Source: Vicugna vicugna
Lineage: Eukaryota
DNA: 60,000 bases
Reading direction: 5' to 3'
NCBI GenBank assembly: GCA_013265495.1
Contig: MU057560.1
Span: 2,294,909-2,354,908, forward strand
How positions within the stretch are numbered: position 1 is the stretch's first letter; each line of letters starts with the position of its first letter. Shown in pieces: positions 11,540 through 22,399 of this stretch. A program made the position numbers and the translations under genes. Below the pieces are notes generated by a model. That model made no database searches and was not told the origin of the DNA. It saw only the letters and a program-made list of their open reading frames with translations.

Positions 11540-13800
11540 GTGTGTGTCCGCTCTTCTATTCACTGTTGGTCTAGTTAGAGATTTTTCAATTTATTTGCCT
11601 TTTCAAACAATTAACTTTTGGCTTTTCTGAGTCTTTCCATTACAATTTTCCTGTACTTTATTATATCTTCTTTTCTACTACTTTTGGTATGATTAATAGT
11701 TTTTTTTTTTAAAAAGCTTCTTGGAATGGATATCTAGCTTCTTTATTTTTAACAATACTCTTTTTTTAATACATGCATTTATACCTGTAAATTTTCCTCT
11801 AAGCATTGTCATCTATATATCAAAAGCTTTGATATGTTATATCTTCATAACCACTTAGTTAAAAATATATTCTCTGCCATTTGCAGCAACATGGATGCTC
11901 CTAGAGAATGTCATTCTAAGTGAAGTAAGCCAGAAAGAGAAAGAAAAATACCATATGAGATCGCTCATATGTGGAATCTAAAAAACAAAAACAAACAAAC
12001 AAACAAAAACAAAGCATAAATACAGGACAGAAATAGACTCATGGACAGAGAATACAGACTTGTGGTTACCGGAGAGGGGGGGGGTAGAGGGTTGGAAGGG
12101 ATAGACTGGGATTTCAAAATTGTAGAATAGATAAACAAGATTACACTGTATAGCACAGGGAAATATACACAAAATGTTATGATAAATCACAGAGAAAAAA
12201 ATGTGACAATGAGTATATACATGTCCATGAATGACTGAAAAATTGTGCTGAACACTGGAATTTGACACAACACTGTAAAATGATTATGAATCCATAAAAA
12301 ATGTAAAAAAAATATATTCTCATTTCTTTTATAACTTTTCTCTTCTTATGATTTATTTAAAAGTATATTGCTTAATTTGTAAAAATCCAAAAACTTTTTA
12401 GCTATCATTTGCTATTCGTGTCTTGCTTGATCCTGCTGAGGTTAGAGAATATATTAAATCACTTAAAATGCATTTAGATTTGCTTTTTGGCTGATAATCG
12501 AAACAATTTTTGTAAGTACTCCACATGAATTTGAAAAGTTGGGTCCGTTTTTAAAATTGTGTTTTTCACATTTGTATATTGTTATTGATTTTTGGGGTTT
12601 GTTAATTTTTACTTTTATTAAGAGAATTGTTTTAAGATTTCTCTCTATAATTTTTTAGTCAGTTTTCAGCTTTTGATTTATATGTCTGAAATAGTTTTGT
12701 TAGGTACATATAAATCTATGGTTTAAGCTTCCTATTAAATTATGCTTTTATTTTGAAATGTTCCTATCTCTAAATATTCTTATTACTTTAAAGTCTACGT
12801 CATCTGATAGAAGTTGGGCCATGCCAGACGTTTTCTGTGAGTGTTTTGAAAGTATATCTTATTCAATTCTTTTACTTCAAATTTTCTGTATTTTTATGTT
12901 TAAAACATGTTTCTTATAAGCAACATATATTTAGGTTTTAATATACAGGTTATAAAACATTGGTCTTTTACTTATATTATTTATATATTTATAAATAATA
13001 TAATTATAAATTACATTATTATATTCTTCTATTATTTAAATCTATTATCTTACTATTTTTTCCTATTTGCACATCTGTTCTCTGTTATGTTTGTCTCCTT
13101 TCTAGCTTTGTTTTTAATTAATTAACGGTATGTACTTTTTACAGCTACCTTTGTTAATTCATTGCTTATGCGTGGGTTTACTTTAGTCTTAGTATGGATT
13201 GTAATGTGCGTCCTTGACTAACAAGCCTACATTATTTTTACTGCTCCATGAGTCATCGAGGACACTGCTGTAGTCCGACTCCTGTCTGTTGTGCAATTGT
13301 CGTCTGTTTTAATTTTTGCGTAACTTAAATCCTGCAGAACGTGTAACCTTCGCGTGACCGGTATTCCGCCTTCCGTCAGAGTGAGCCGCGTGGCTGCCCG
13401 CGCTGGTGCTCTTCACTCTTCCCTGCACTTCCCTGTTTCTTTCTTTCCCTTCTGTTGAAAGTGGCTTTTAGTTGATCTCCTTTAGTCTCGTTCTGTTCAT
13501 GATGAATTCTCAATTCTTGTGTGTCTAAAAATACATTCATTTTATTTAATATTCAAAGGCTATTTTTGGTATGTATTCAGTTCCAGTTTGGAAATTTTTT
13601 TTAAGCGTTTTAAAATTGTCATTTAATTGTCTTCTGTCTTGTCTTGTTTATGGTGTGGAGACATCTGTCCATCTTCCTGTTGCTCCTTTGAAGGACTGGT
13701 TTCTCCGTAAAGGTCTCTGACTGCCGCCAGGATCTTCCTCTTGCTCTCCGTCTCGGCGGGGAGCTGGACAGCGGTGTGGGCAGTGGTGGTGGGCGGGGTC
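11540..13800 (-). mobile_element. Fragmented ancient L1M ORF2/ORF1 remnants
   Basis: Very T-rich. Motifs ttttcaaacaattaacttttggc, gtaaattttcctctaagcattg, gtttcttataagcaacatata and ctcaattcttgtgtgtctaaaaat. Interrupted by the insertion at 11875-12307. Confidence 0.65.
11875..12307 (+). mobile_element. Young camelid-type 5'-truncated L1 with perfect 14-bp TSD
   Basis: tgccatttgcagcaacatggatg...ctaagtgaagtaagccagaaagagaaag (ORF2 end), then 3'UTR and A-tail. TSD aaaaatatattctc at 11861-11874 and 12308-12321. Confidence 0.92.
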
Positions 13801-13829
13801 TCAGATGCCTCCCCGAATGTCCTCACTCA

Positions 13830-14373
13830 TCTGTGACCCCCTCTTCCTCAGTGTGAGTGGGAACGCACACGTGTGATGGGACCGCCTCTGGAATTCTGTT
13901 ATGTTATATATAAAAGGGTTTTGCAGGTTTAATCAGGGCCCCAGATTAGTTTACACTGAGTTACTCAAGAGGGAGATTCTTGCTTTGGTTTGCCCTAATC
14001 AGGTCGTCTCTTTAAAAGCCGGGTTTTCCCAGCTGACCTTGGAGGAGGAACACACACAGCCACGCTGTGAGCTGTCTCTGCACACAGGTGGCCTGTGGCT
14101 TAGAGTGGTCTCCAGCCAGCGGTGACAAAGGAAACAAGCTCCGTCATGTAACCGCAGGGGACTGAGCTCCAGCCACAACCTACAAAAGCTCCGACAGGGA
14201 CCCCACTTCCAGATGAGAAGCAGAGCCTTGGCTGGCACCGTGTGAGAACCGAACATGGGACAGCGGGGCCCTGCCCGGACTTGTGCCCCATGGGACTCCG
14301 AGATAATAAGCACGAGAGCCTCTGCGCTTCCAGGTTTGTGGTAGTTTGTTACTCAGCAACGGAAAACTAGTAC
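13830..14373 (+). mobile_element. MaLR solo LTR, MLT1E-like
   Basis: gggttttgcagg...aatcaggg, gagggagattc, cctaatcagg and ttccagatgagaa motifs. 3' end gtttgtggtagtttgttactcagcaacggaaaactagtac. Confidence 0.75.
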
Positions 14374-14771
14374 GTGTATTTTTTATTTTGTTTGCTTTTT
14401 TTTTTTAATTCAGTAGAGTTAACGCAAAATATCATGTTGGTTTCAGGAGTACTACATAGTGATGCGACATTTGCATACATTATGAAATGCTTGCCACACA
14501 TCTAGCAACCATCTGTCCCTACAGAGTTACCACAGTGTTGCTGACCATCTTCCTTACGCTGTTGTTATGTCCTCATGATTTATTTATTATGTGGCTGGAG
14601 GCCTGATCGTCTTAATCCCCTTCATCTGTTCCATTCTCCCCACCTCCTTCCCTTTCTGGCAACACCTGTTTGCTCTCTGTATCTCTGAGTCAGTTGTCAC
14701 GTTCTTTTGTGTTTTAGATCCCACGCATCAGTGGGATCGTGTGGTGTGTGTCTCTGTCTGCCTCGTTTCAC

Positions 14772-14971
14772 TTGGCATAATACCTTCTAGGTGCATCCAT
14801 GTTGTCACAGGTGACAAGATTTCCATTTTTCTGGCTCAGTAGTGCTTCACTGTATGTGTATGTATGTGTACATACATATATATATACATACAATGAAACA
14901 TTTCTCAGCCAAAAAAATGGAAATCTTGTCACCTGTGACAACATGGATGCACCTAGAAGGTATTATGCTAA
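14772..14971. repeat. ~200-bp inverted repeat (fold-back palindrome) inside L1
   Basis: 14775-14830 is the exact reverse complement of 14913-14968 (56 bp). Pairing continues inward with mismatches to a TA/TG-rich centre. Confidence 0.95.
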
Positions 14972-17001
14972 ATATATATGTGTGTATATATATATGTACA
15001 CCACATCTTCTTTATCCGTTTATTTATCAGTGAACACTTAGGTTGCTTCCGTATCTTACCTATTATAAATAATGATGCAGTGAACACGGGGTGCATGTAT
15101 CTTTTCAAATTCATGTTTTTGTTTTCTTCAGAAAAATACCAGGAAGTGGAGCTGCTGAATCACATGGTGGCTCTATTTTTAATTTTTGGAGGAACCTCCA
15201 TGCTGTTTTCTGCAGTGGCTGCAGCAAGTCATGTTCCCACCAACAGAGCCCACGGGCTCCCTTCTCTCCACATCCCCGCCAGCATTGGTCGCTTGCTGTT
15301 TTTTTGACGCCAGCCATTCTGACAGGTGTGAGGTCACATCTCACTGTGGCTTTGATTTGCTTTTTTCTGATGATTAGTGACGTCAGGCAACTTTTTATGT
15401 GTCTGCTGGCCATCCGTATGTCTTGCTGGGAAAAATGTCTATTCAGGTCCTCTGCCCACTTTTAAAATCAGGGTTTTTTTAATGGCGAGTTCTGAGTGCC
15501 TTGCACATCTCGGATATCAGCCCCTTATATCAGACAACTGCTAGCACATATCTTCTCCCATCCAGGAGGTGGCCTTTTTGTTCTGTTGATAGTTTCCTTC
15601 ACTGTGCAAGAGCTCATTTGTTTAGTTTTGCTTTTTTCCCTTGCCTGAGGCGACAGATCCAAAAACAAATTTCCAAGACCAATGTCAAAAAGCGTGCCAC
15701 CTATGTTTTCCTCTGGAAATTTTATGGCTTCAGGTCTTACACTGAAGTCACTGATCCCCTCTGAGTGTATTTTTGTATAGGATGTGAGAGTGTGGTCCAG
15801 TTCGATTCTTTTCCATGGAGGTGTCCAGTTTTCCCAACACCATTTATCGAAGAGGCTGTCTTTTCCCCACTGTACATTCTTGCCTCCCTTCTTCTCAGTT
15901 AACCATACAAGCGTGGGTTCAGTTCCATTGATCTGTGTGTCTATTTTTGTGCCAATGCCACACTGTTTTGATTTCTGGAGCCTTGTGGTATAGTTTGACA
16001 TCAGAGAGCATGATACTCCAAGCTTTGCTCTTCTTTCTCAAGATTGTTCTGGCTATTCGGGCTTTTTTGTGTTTCCATACAAATTTTAGAGTTATTTGTT
16101 CTACTCTGAAAAATGCCGTTGGTATTTTGATAGGGATTGTGTTGACTCTGTAGGCTGTCTTGGGTAGTAGAGGACTTTTAGCAGTTTATGAACACGGTGT
16201 TTTTTCATTTCTTTGTGTTGCCTTCAATGTCTTTCATCACCGTCTTACAGTTTCTCAGGTGCAGGTCTCTTGCTTCCTTAGTTAGATCTATTCCTGGGCA
16301 TTTCATTGTTTTTGATGCAGTTGTAAATAGGATTGTTTTCTTCATTTCTCTTTCTGAAAGTCTGTTGTCTGTCTATAGGAAAGCAGTGGATCTCGGTGTA
16401 TTACTTCAGTATCTGCAACTTTACCAAGTCACTGAGGAGCTCTAGTGGTTTTTCGGTGGCAGCTTGAGGATTTTCTATGAATCGTATCACGTCATCTGCA
16501 GACAGTGACAGCTTTACTCCCTCCTTTCCAGCCTGGATCACTTTCATTTCCTTTTCTTGTCCGACTGCCGTGGCCAAGACGTCCAACACTGTGTGGAATA
16601 AAAGCAGTGAAAGTGGGCATCCTTGTCTCGTTCCTGATCTCAGAGGAAATGCTTTCAGCTTTTCACCATCGAGTGCGGTGCTGCCTATGAGCTTGTCTTT
16701 TATGGCCTTTATTAAGTTAAGGTTTGTTGAGAGTTTTTATCATAAATTGACGTTGAATTTTGTCAAAAGCTTTCTATGCCTTTATTGACATGATCATATG
16801 ATTTTTATTTTTCAATTTTCTAATACAGAGCATCACACTAATTGATATGCAGGCACCGAACCTTCCTTGCATGCCTGGGGGACATCCCCCTTGATCATGG
16901 TGTGTGATCCTTTTACTGTATTGTCGAATTCGGTTTGCTGATATTTTGTTGAGGATTTTTGCATTTGTCTTCGTCAGTGATAGTGGCCTGTAATTTTCCT
17001 T

Positions 17002-17027
17002 TGTGTGTGTGTGTGTGTGTGTGTGTG
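17002..17027 (+). repeat. (TG)13 microsatellite
   Basis: Read directly from the sequence. Confidence 0.97.
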
Positions 17028-17155
17028 TCAGGGTGATGCTGGCTTTGTACAATGAGTCCAAAAGGGTCCCTTCTTCTTCAACTTTTGGGGGCTAGTTTGA
17101 GAAGAATAGGGGTTAAATCTTCTTTAAGTGTTTTATAGAATTCCTCTGTTTGCTT

Positions 17156-17294
17156 GGGGGGAGGGTGTAGCTCAAGTGGTACAGCCCATGCTTCACATGC
17201 AGGAGGTCCTGGGTTCAATCCCCAGTACCTCCTCTAAAACTAACTAACTAAATAAATAAACCTAATTACCCTCCCCCCTCCAAAAAGAAAAAAA
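17156..17294 (+). mobile_element. tRNA-derived SINE, camelid vic-1-like
   Basis: Head ggggggagggtgtagctcaagtgg with A box at 17168-17179 and B box ggttcaatccc at 17212-17222. A-rich tail. Perfect 19-bp TSD agaattcctctgtttgctt at 17137-17155 and 17295-17313. Confidence 0.93.
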
Positions 17295-17319
17295 AGAATT
17301 CCTCTGTTTGCTTGTTTTT

Positions 17320-18110
17320 TGATCTTTCAGAGATTTCATGCATCTTTTTGAATCCATAGATCAGTACCTTTCACCTGTTTTGGAAAACCATTTTGGCTAG
17401 TACGCCTTCAAATACTGCTTCCACGGCATCTTTCCTCTCCTGCCTCTCTGGGTGTCCAAGACCCATGCATTAGGTATCTTCACAGTGTCTTGTGGATTTT
17501 ATTTCAAGAGCAGGTTTTTTTGTGTCTCAGTTGAAAGCCTGGAACATCCATCATACACTGCCTCCACCTTCGTGGGAGCTACACTCTAAATTTTGTCTCC
17601 TCAGCTCTATGAGATTTCGGAAATTTCTACATAATTTTTTAGCATTTTAGCAAATGCTTCCTGTTTCATTTCTTGGCTAACTGATCTGCGCGTGCTCACT
17701 TTAAGAGTCAGTGAAATGCTTCAGGAGGGAATTGCGTGCTGAGAATTGTACTGACTTCTCTGCGTTTCCCTTATTTCTGTGCTCTCTGGTCTTCCAGATC
17801 TGGCTGGTAGTCCTGAATGCCGCATTTTATCTCCCCAGCTCAGTAACCCTTCCATCAGTTCCCGGTCTTGTTTTCTCTTTAGCCTTTACGTCTCAGGGTG
17901 CAGACTGGGAAATGGCCGTGGAGGAGACATGGGTGGAGGAAGTCCAGATTAATTTGCTTTTCTCCTCTCTAGAGTCTTGGCCCCTTTACATTCCGGTTGC
18001 CTTATTGATCTCTGGTTCTTCCAATGCTTTTAAAAGTAATTATACAGCTTTTGAGGTTGAACTCCACGGGAGGGCTCTCCGGATGCCAGCTGCTAGGTCT
18101 CGGCTAGCAG
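17320..18110 (-). mobile_element. Ancient L1M ORF1/5' remnant
   Basis: tttcacctgttttggaaaac...ttcaaatactgcttcc (antisense ORF1 ENF motif region). Degenerate. Confidence 0.5.
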
Positions 18111-19839
18111 TGAGCCTGGCTGGGCAGCCGCAGCGTGCAAGCAGGCGTGCTCCAAGCGATGTCCACGGTCAGATCCTGCCGGGGCATTAGCCAATGAGAT
18201 CAGGTAGGACTGAGAGAAACACGCTGTGGTTAATGTAAAGCACCTGCGTGATTCAGGGTTGAGACGTGTTCATAGTTTGATAAGTTTACAAATAGATTGG
18301 AAATGCAAATTATTTTAAATGACTGAAAAGTTGCAGTTTAAGGCCACCACTAGGAAAAACAGTGAAGAAGGTGTAGTGTCAGTCCAGGGTGGGAGCCCTG
18401 AGCCACTTGCCCTTGGGTAGTAAATGTCATGCACAGCCTCCCTGCATTGTCTGTGCCTCTGGGAAGCTCCTCAGCTGCACCTCGGTGGCTCCTGTGCACT
18501 TGGTCTGAGGGTCAAGTCCAGCTTTGGTGAGGACACTGTCACCGAACAGGTGCCGTGGAGGCAGGTGGGCTCAGGGGCTCGTGTGAAATGAGATGAGAGT
18601 GCCTGCCTACCCGCCCACATTCTGTACTGAAGTTTGCTCGAATTCTCAGTCTTGGTTTTCCGGTGTGTGAAGTGATGTTTGTTCTGACAGTGAAGCCGGG
18701 CGCCGCCGGGAGCAGCCCGGCACATGGTCAGCCCTTAGCAGGGTATGTCCTCCCTGCCCCCTTTCTTTTTAGCATCACCGTTCCACCTGCAGTAGATTCT
18801 CATGTACTGACCCTTCTTCTATCCATCTGGCTTCAGGAACTGCTTTTCCAGTCTGGGTGGTGCGAGCGTTGCAGGGAGAGATGGTTTAGAAAGAGAAGGG
18901 GCGTGGAGGTTTATGCTGGGAGAACTGCTGCCTTGAATTCTAATGGATCTGCAGCCTCTTCTGAATGCAGCCCAGACAGTGTTCATTATCCCTACCAACC
19001 AACAGGGTCAGCCCAGGCCTGGATGCCAAGGAGTGGGAGGCAGCAATTTCTAGCAGAGCAGCAGTGGTGGCAGAAGGATCACCAGCCGTGGAGACCCTGC
19101 GATGATGCAATTATGGGCCCGGCGCAGGGTGAGGTTGCAGTGACATGAGGGCAGGTCTGCAGGGCCCCGTGGTGATGGGTGATTACCACGTGCAGACCCA
19201 GGGCAGAGGTTCCGGGGCTTGGCCGGGCTGGACGTCTGTGAGAAGGGACAAAGCAAATGGGAAATTCATGCTAGTGTCTTGATAAAGGCTGGTGAGAGCC
19301 GGTCTGCACAAACATCTGTGGAGCAGGAATGGGCTGGAGGGCCGGCGTGTCGGGGTCCCCAGTGCAGGGGATTCAGGATGGGGAGGGTAGCGGGCTGGTG
19401 GGGAAGAGACGTGTGATCATGAAGGTGGTTCCTCTGGACGCCTCGTCCCAGGGAGAAGGCGGGAATGGGGTTTGGGAGAAGTGAGGCGCTTCCCTGAAGC
19501 CGCAGGCAGCCCCCGTGCACAACCCCCAATCTCCAGGTTTTCGTAAACTGTAAGTACTCCTCGTATTCCGGAACGGGGACGTGCGCTGCTTTTTTTGTTA
19601 AAGAAGAGGTTGTGGCGCTGGCTGTCACAGACGAGCACAGCGCCCCCAGCCCCCACGCTGACATCCGATTTAATCATGTGACACCAGGGACGTGGGAGGA
19701 AAACTGCTATGCGTGGGGCTCACGAGGTACCGGCCCGGGGGCCCGGGATGAGGGTCCAGCTGGAGAGAGTGGATCCCCCACGGCCCCCTGCCCCCTCACC
19801 TCTTGTGGAGGGCACGGGAGATGCGCAAGTTTACACTCG

Positions 19840-20420
19840 GGAGGCGCCTGAGGGCGCCTCTCGGGATTTTACGTGGAAAGTTAGCTGAGATTGAAAATGC
19901 GGACACGGGCCGTGCAGTGACGAATGCTGAGCTTGTCCCCGTCCCCGTTTCACCCGGTTCTGTGCAAAGGCCCTACGTGTCCCTGCGCGTCCTGCCCTGG
20001 GGACCAGTCTCTGCTCCTTTGTTTTTCACTGAAGTGCAGTCGGCTTACGTGCCCTGCGGAGGCAGCAGGGCAGCGGGTGATGCCCCAGCTGGAGCATCGG
20101 CTCCGAGAGAGCCCGCGGGGCTCGGGGGTCCAGTTTCGCCCGGCCGTGCTCTGGCCGGCTTCCGTGGGACAGCGGTGGTTGACGGGCGGAGTTCGGAGCC
20201 GACCCAGGGCCGCATGCGTCCACTTTCCCCTGCAGACGGGAGGCCTGTCTGAGGCCGCAGTGCGCCGTGCCGCCGGGGCCCCGCCCGGCTCAGCGCGGAG
20301 CGCGGAGGCCTGGGAGCCCTGCCTCTGCCCGCGGGGCCTCGTGCGGCTGGGCTGGTGAACCCGCTTCCCAGCAACGCCGTGAGCTGCGCGGTGCCCGCTG
20401 CACAGAGCGAGCCCCTGAGG
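19840..20420. other. CpG-island-like segment
   Basis: Very high GC and CpG density by eye, e.g. gcgccgtgccgccggggccccgcccggctcagcgcggagcgcgg. Not computed. Confidence 0.55.
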
Positions 20421-20939
20421 AAGTCGCACAACTGGGATTTTAGTTCTGACTCAGAGCTTCCCTCTTTCTACCGGATTGAAGCACACTTCTATTTCATGTT
20501 TCTCACTATTTGCGTTACTCTAACGCGGGGCTGAGGTCAGCAAGGGTCTTTGGACGGTGTTAAGAAGCAGTACAATTCCTTGTGTTTTTCCCTCAGTTAC
20601 ACAAAGTATGATGTGTGTGCACTTGGGTCCACGGGCGGGGCACACACCTGTCATTCCTGTTTATCTTCACGTGTAGCACACGGCCCAGGCCTTCAGTCAG
20701 CTGAGTGAGGACAGATCTTCTGCCCCAGAGAGGGAAGCAGCCTCACAAGGCAGAGGTCAGGTGCCGATGGCTTCCTTTGTTGGCCTGGTGGTGACGAATG
20801 GAAGTGCATTCTGACTTACAGAGATGCTGATCTGGGTTTAGCAGGAGAATAGCTGGTGACAGTCAGCTTCTCAGACACACGGCATGGTCTTAAAACCAGA
20901 AAATTTTATCTCCAGATAAATGATTAATTACTAAATTGC

Positions 20940-21572
20940 TTTTTTCCTAATATGTCTTGAATCCACCCGTTTTTCTCCATCTCCGCAGCCATCATTGCAT
21001 CTGGGGCCACCGTCGTCTCTTCCCGGGATCACCCAGACTCCGATCCGATCTCTAATCGAAACGATCCCGTGAAGCAACAGCGAGCTTTAAGAAGCAGCTA
21101 ATTTAGCACATTTCTGTGCCGTTTGAACTTCCTGAGGCTCCAATGCCTGCAGGGGGCAGTCCCCACCCCGGCCACTTCCAGGGCACCCGTGGGTGCGCTC
21201 AGCCCACCTCCCCGGCCACACTGAACTGTTTATGGCTTTTCCAAAGCCTGGGCTCCCTCTGCACCTGGTTGGTGCACATCCTTCCTCCTCTGTTTGCTCC
21301 CCCCACCTCTCCCTCCGCATTTGCTCCTGGAGAAGAGCTCACTGTCCCCGGTGCCTCCTTGACAACCCCCCGTCCCCCCTGCCCCCTGGCTCAGAGTCAC
21401 CCCCTGCCTTCTGCAGCCTCATGCTCTTCCCTTAACTCCTCGCACTGTGTCCTGAGAACCCTTTTTATTGGACTCCATCTGGGCAAGAATTGCATCTTTC
21501 CTTAACTCTCACACCTGGCATCCTGCCGGGAACATCACAGGTTCAGGGGCAGTTTGCTGAATGAATGAATGA
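20940..21572 (+). mobile_element. L2 LINE relic(s) with tgaa-repeat tail
   Basis: cctaatatgtcttgaatccaccc...ttctccatctcc...gccaccgtcgtctct. Ends gtttgctgaatgaatgaatga. Confidence 0.55.
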
Positions 21573-22399
21573 CCATATTTTAGGACATTCCTTATCTTTC
21601 TCCATCAGGCATTTATGGGGTAGCTACGATGTGCCAAGGGCCAGGTTACAGCAATGACATAGATGGGATGGTGGTGGCTCCTGGTACTAGCTGGGGAACC
21701 CCTCGCCCCATTCTCTGGTTTTCTATCTCAGGTGCCTGCCTCTAAGGGGTGGGGACAGGGGTGCCCAGACTGGCCGAATAGTCAGTCCTTAAACTCTGAG
21801 CTTTGTAAGGTCCTTGGGACCATCTGGCCTGTGTTTTAATTATCATTTTAGCAGGAGTACTGGACGTGGAACTCTATAAAAGAGCTGTAACACTAAGCTA
21901 ACCAGCCTGGACTTGGCTGGGAGTCCCACACCCCTCCTCCCCCGGCTGCCCTGAGAAGCGGGATGGAAGATACAAACCCAGCCCGGCATCTTACACTGCA
22001 GGCGAGGATCTCAGTCTCTACGAGGGAAATGGCTCGTCTAAGACCACGCGGCGAGTTAGGGGCAGGCCGTGCGCCTAAACGTGAATGTTTTTACCGACTT
22101 TAAGGCAGTGCCTATCTCTTTGGTCCTGTATTTCACATGATTCCTGCTTGTTTGTCTCTCAAACTACGCCTCTGCCTGTGGCGGACGGGCAGAGCCTGTG
22201 AGCTGGTGCAGAGTCCCCTCTTGGTTTTGGCTTCCAGGGTTCCACCCTCAAGCTCGCCTACACGTGTCCTGCAGCAATTTGTTCAAAATTCAGCTGGATT
22301 CTTCTTAATGACTTTCACGGCGTCTGCCTTAAAAAAAAAAAACAAAGACAGTGTCCCAGCCCTCCGTGAGGCTGTGTCCTTGGGGTTTGCTGGTCTCAC

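Larger units (their letters stand above)
14395..17150 (-). mobile_element. L1 (L1MA9-like/laurasiatherian), 5'-truncated, decayed RT to 3'UTR
   Basis: ORF fragments KENYRPLSL..NAKILNKISANRI..HHDQ (16774-17061), [23 protein letters not shown] (16401-16589), WGKDSLFDKWCWENW (15525-16001) and CWRGCGEKG (15111-15413). Poly-T at ~14396. Confidence 0.92.

Noticed and set aside
15111..17061. Reverse transcriptase-like ORFs as a functional gene or novel RT system
   Set aside because: These are frameshifted, stop-ridden fragments of ordinary L1 ORF2.
17156..17230. tRNA-like sequence
   Set aside because: An A-rich tail and 19-bp TSD make it a SINE head, not a tRNA gene.
21020..21070. Cluster of GATC/CGAT words
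   Set aside because: Short, lies within a diverged L2, and is consistent with regional CpG gain.
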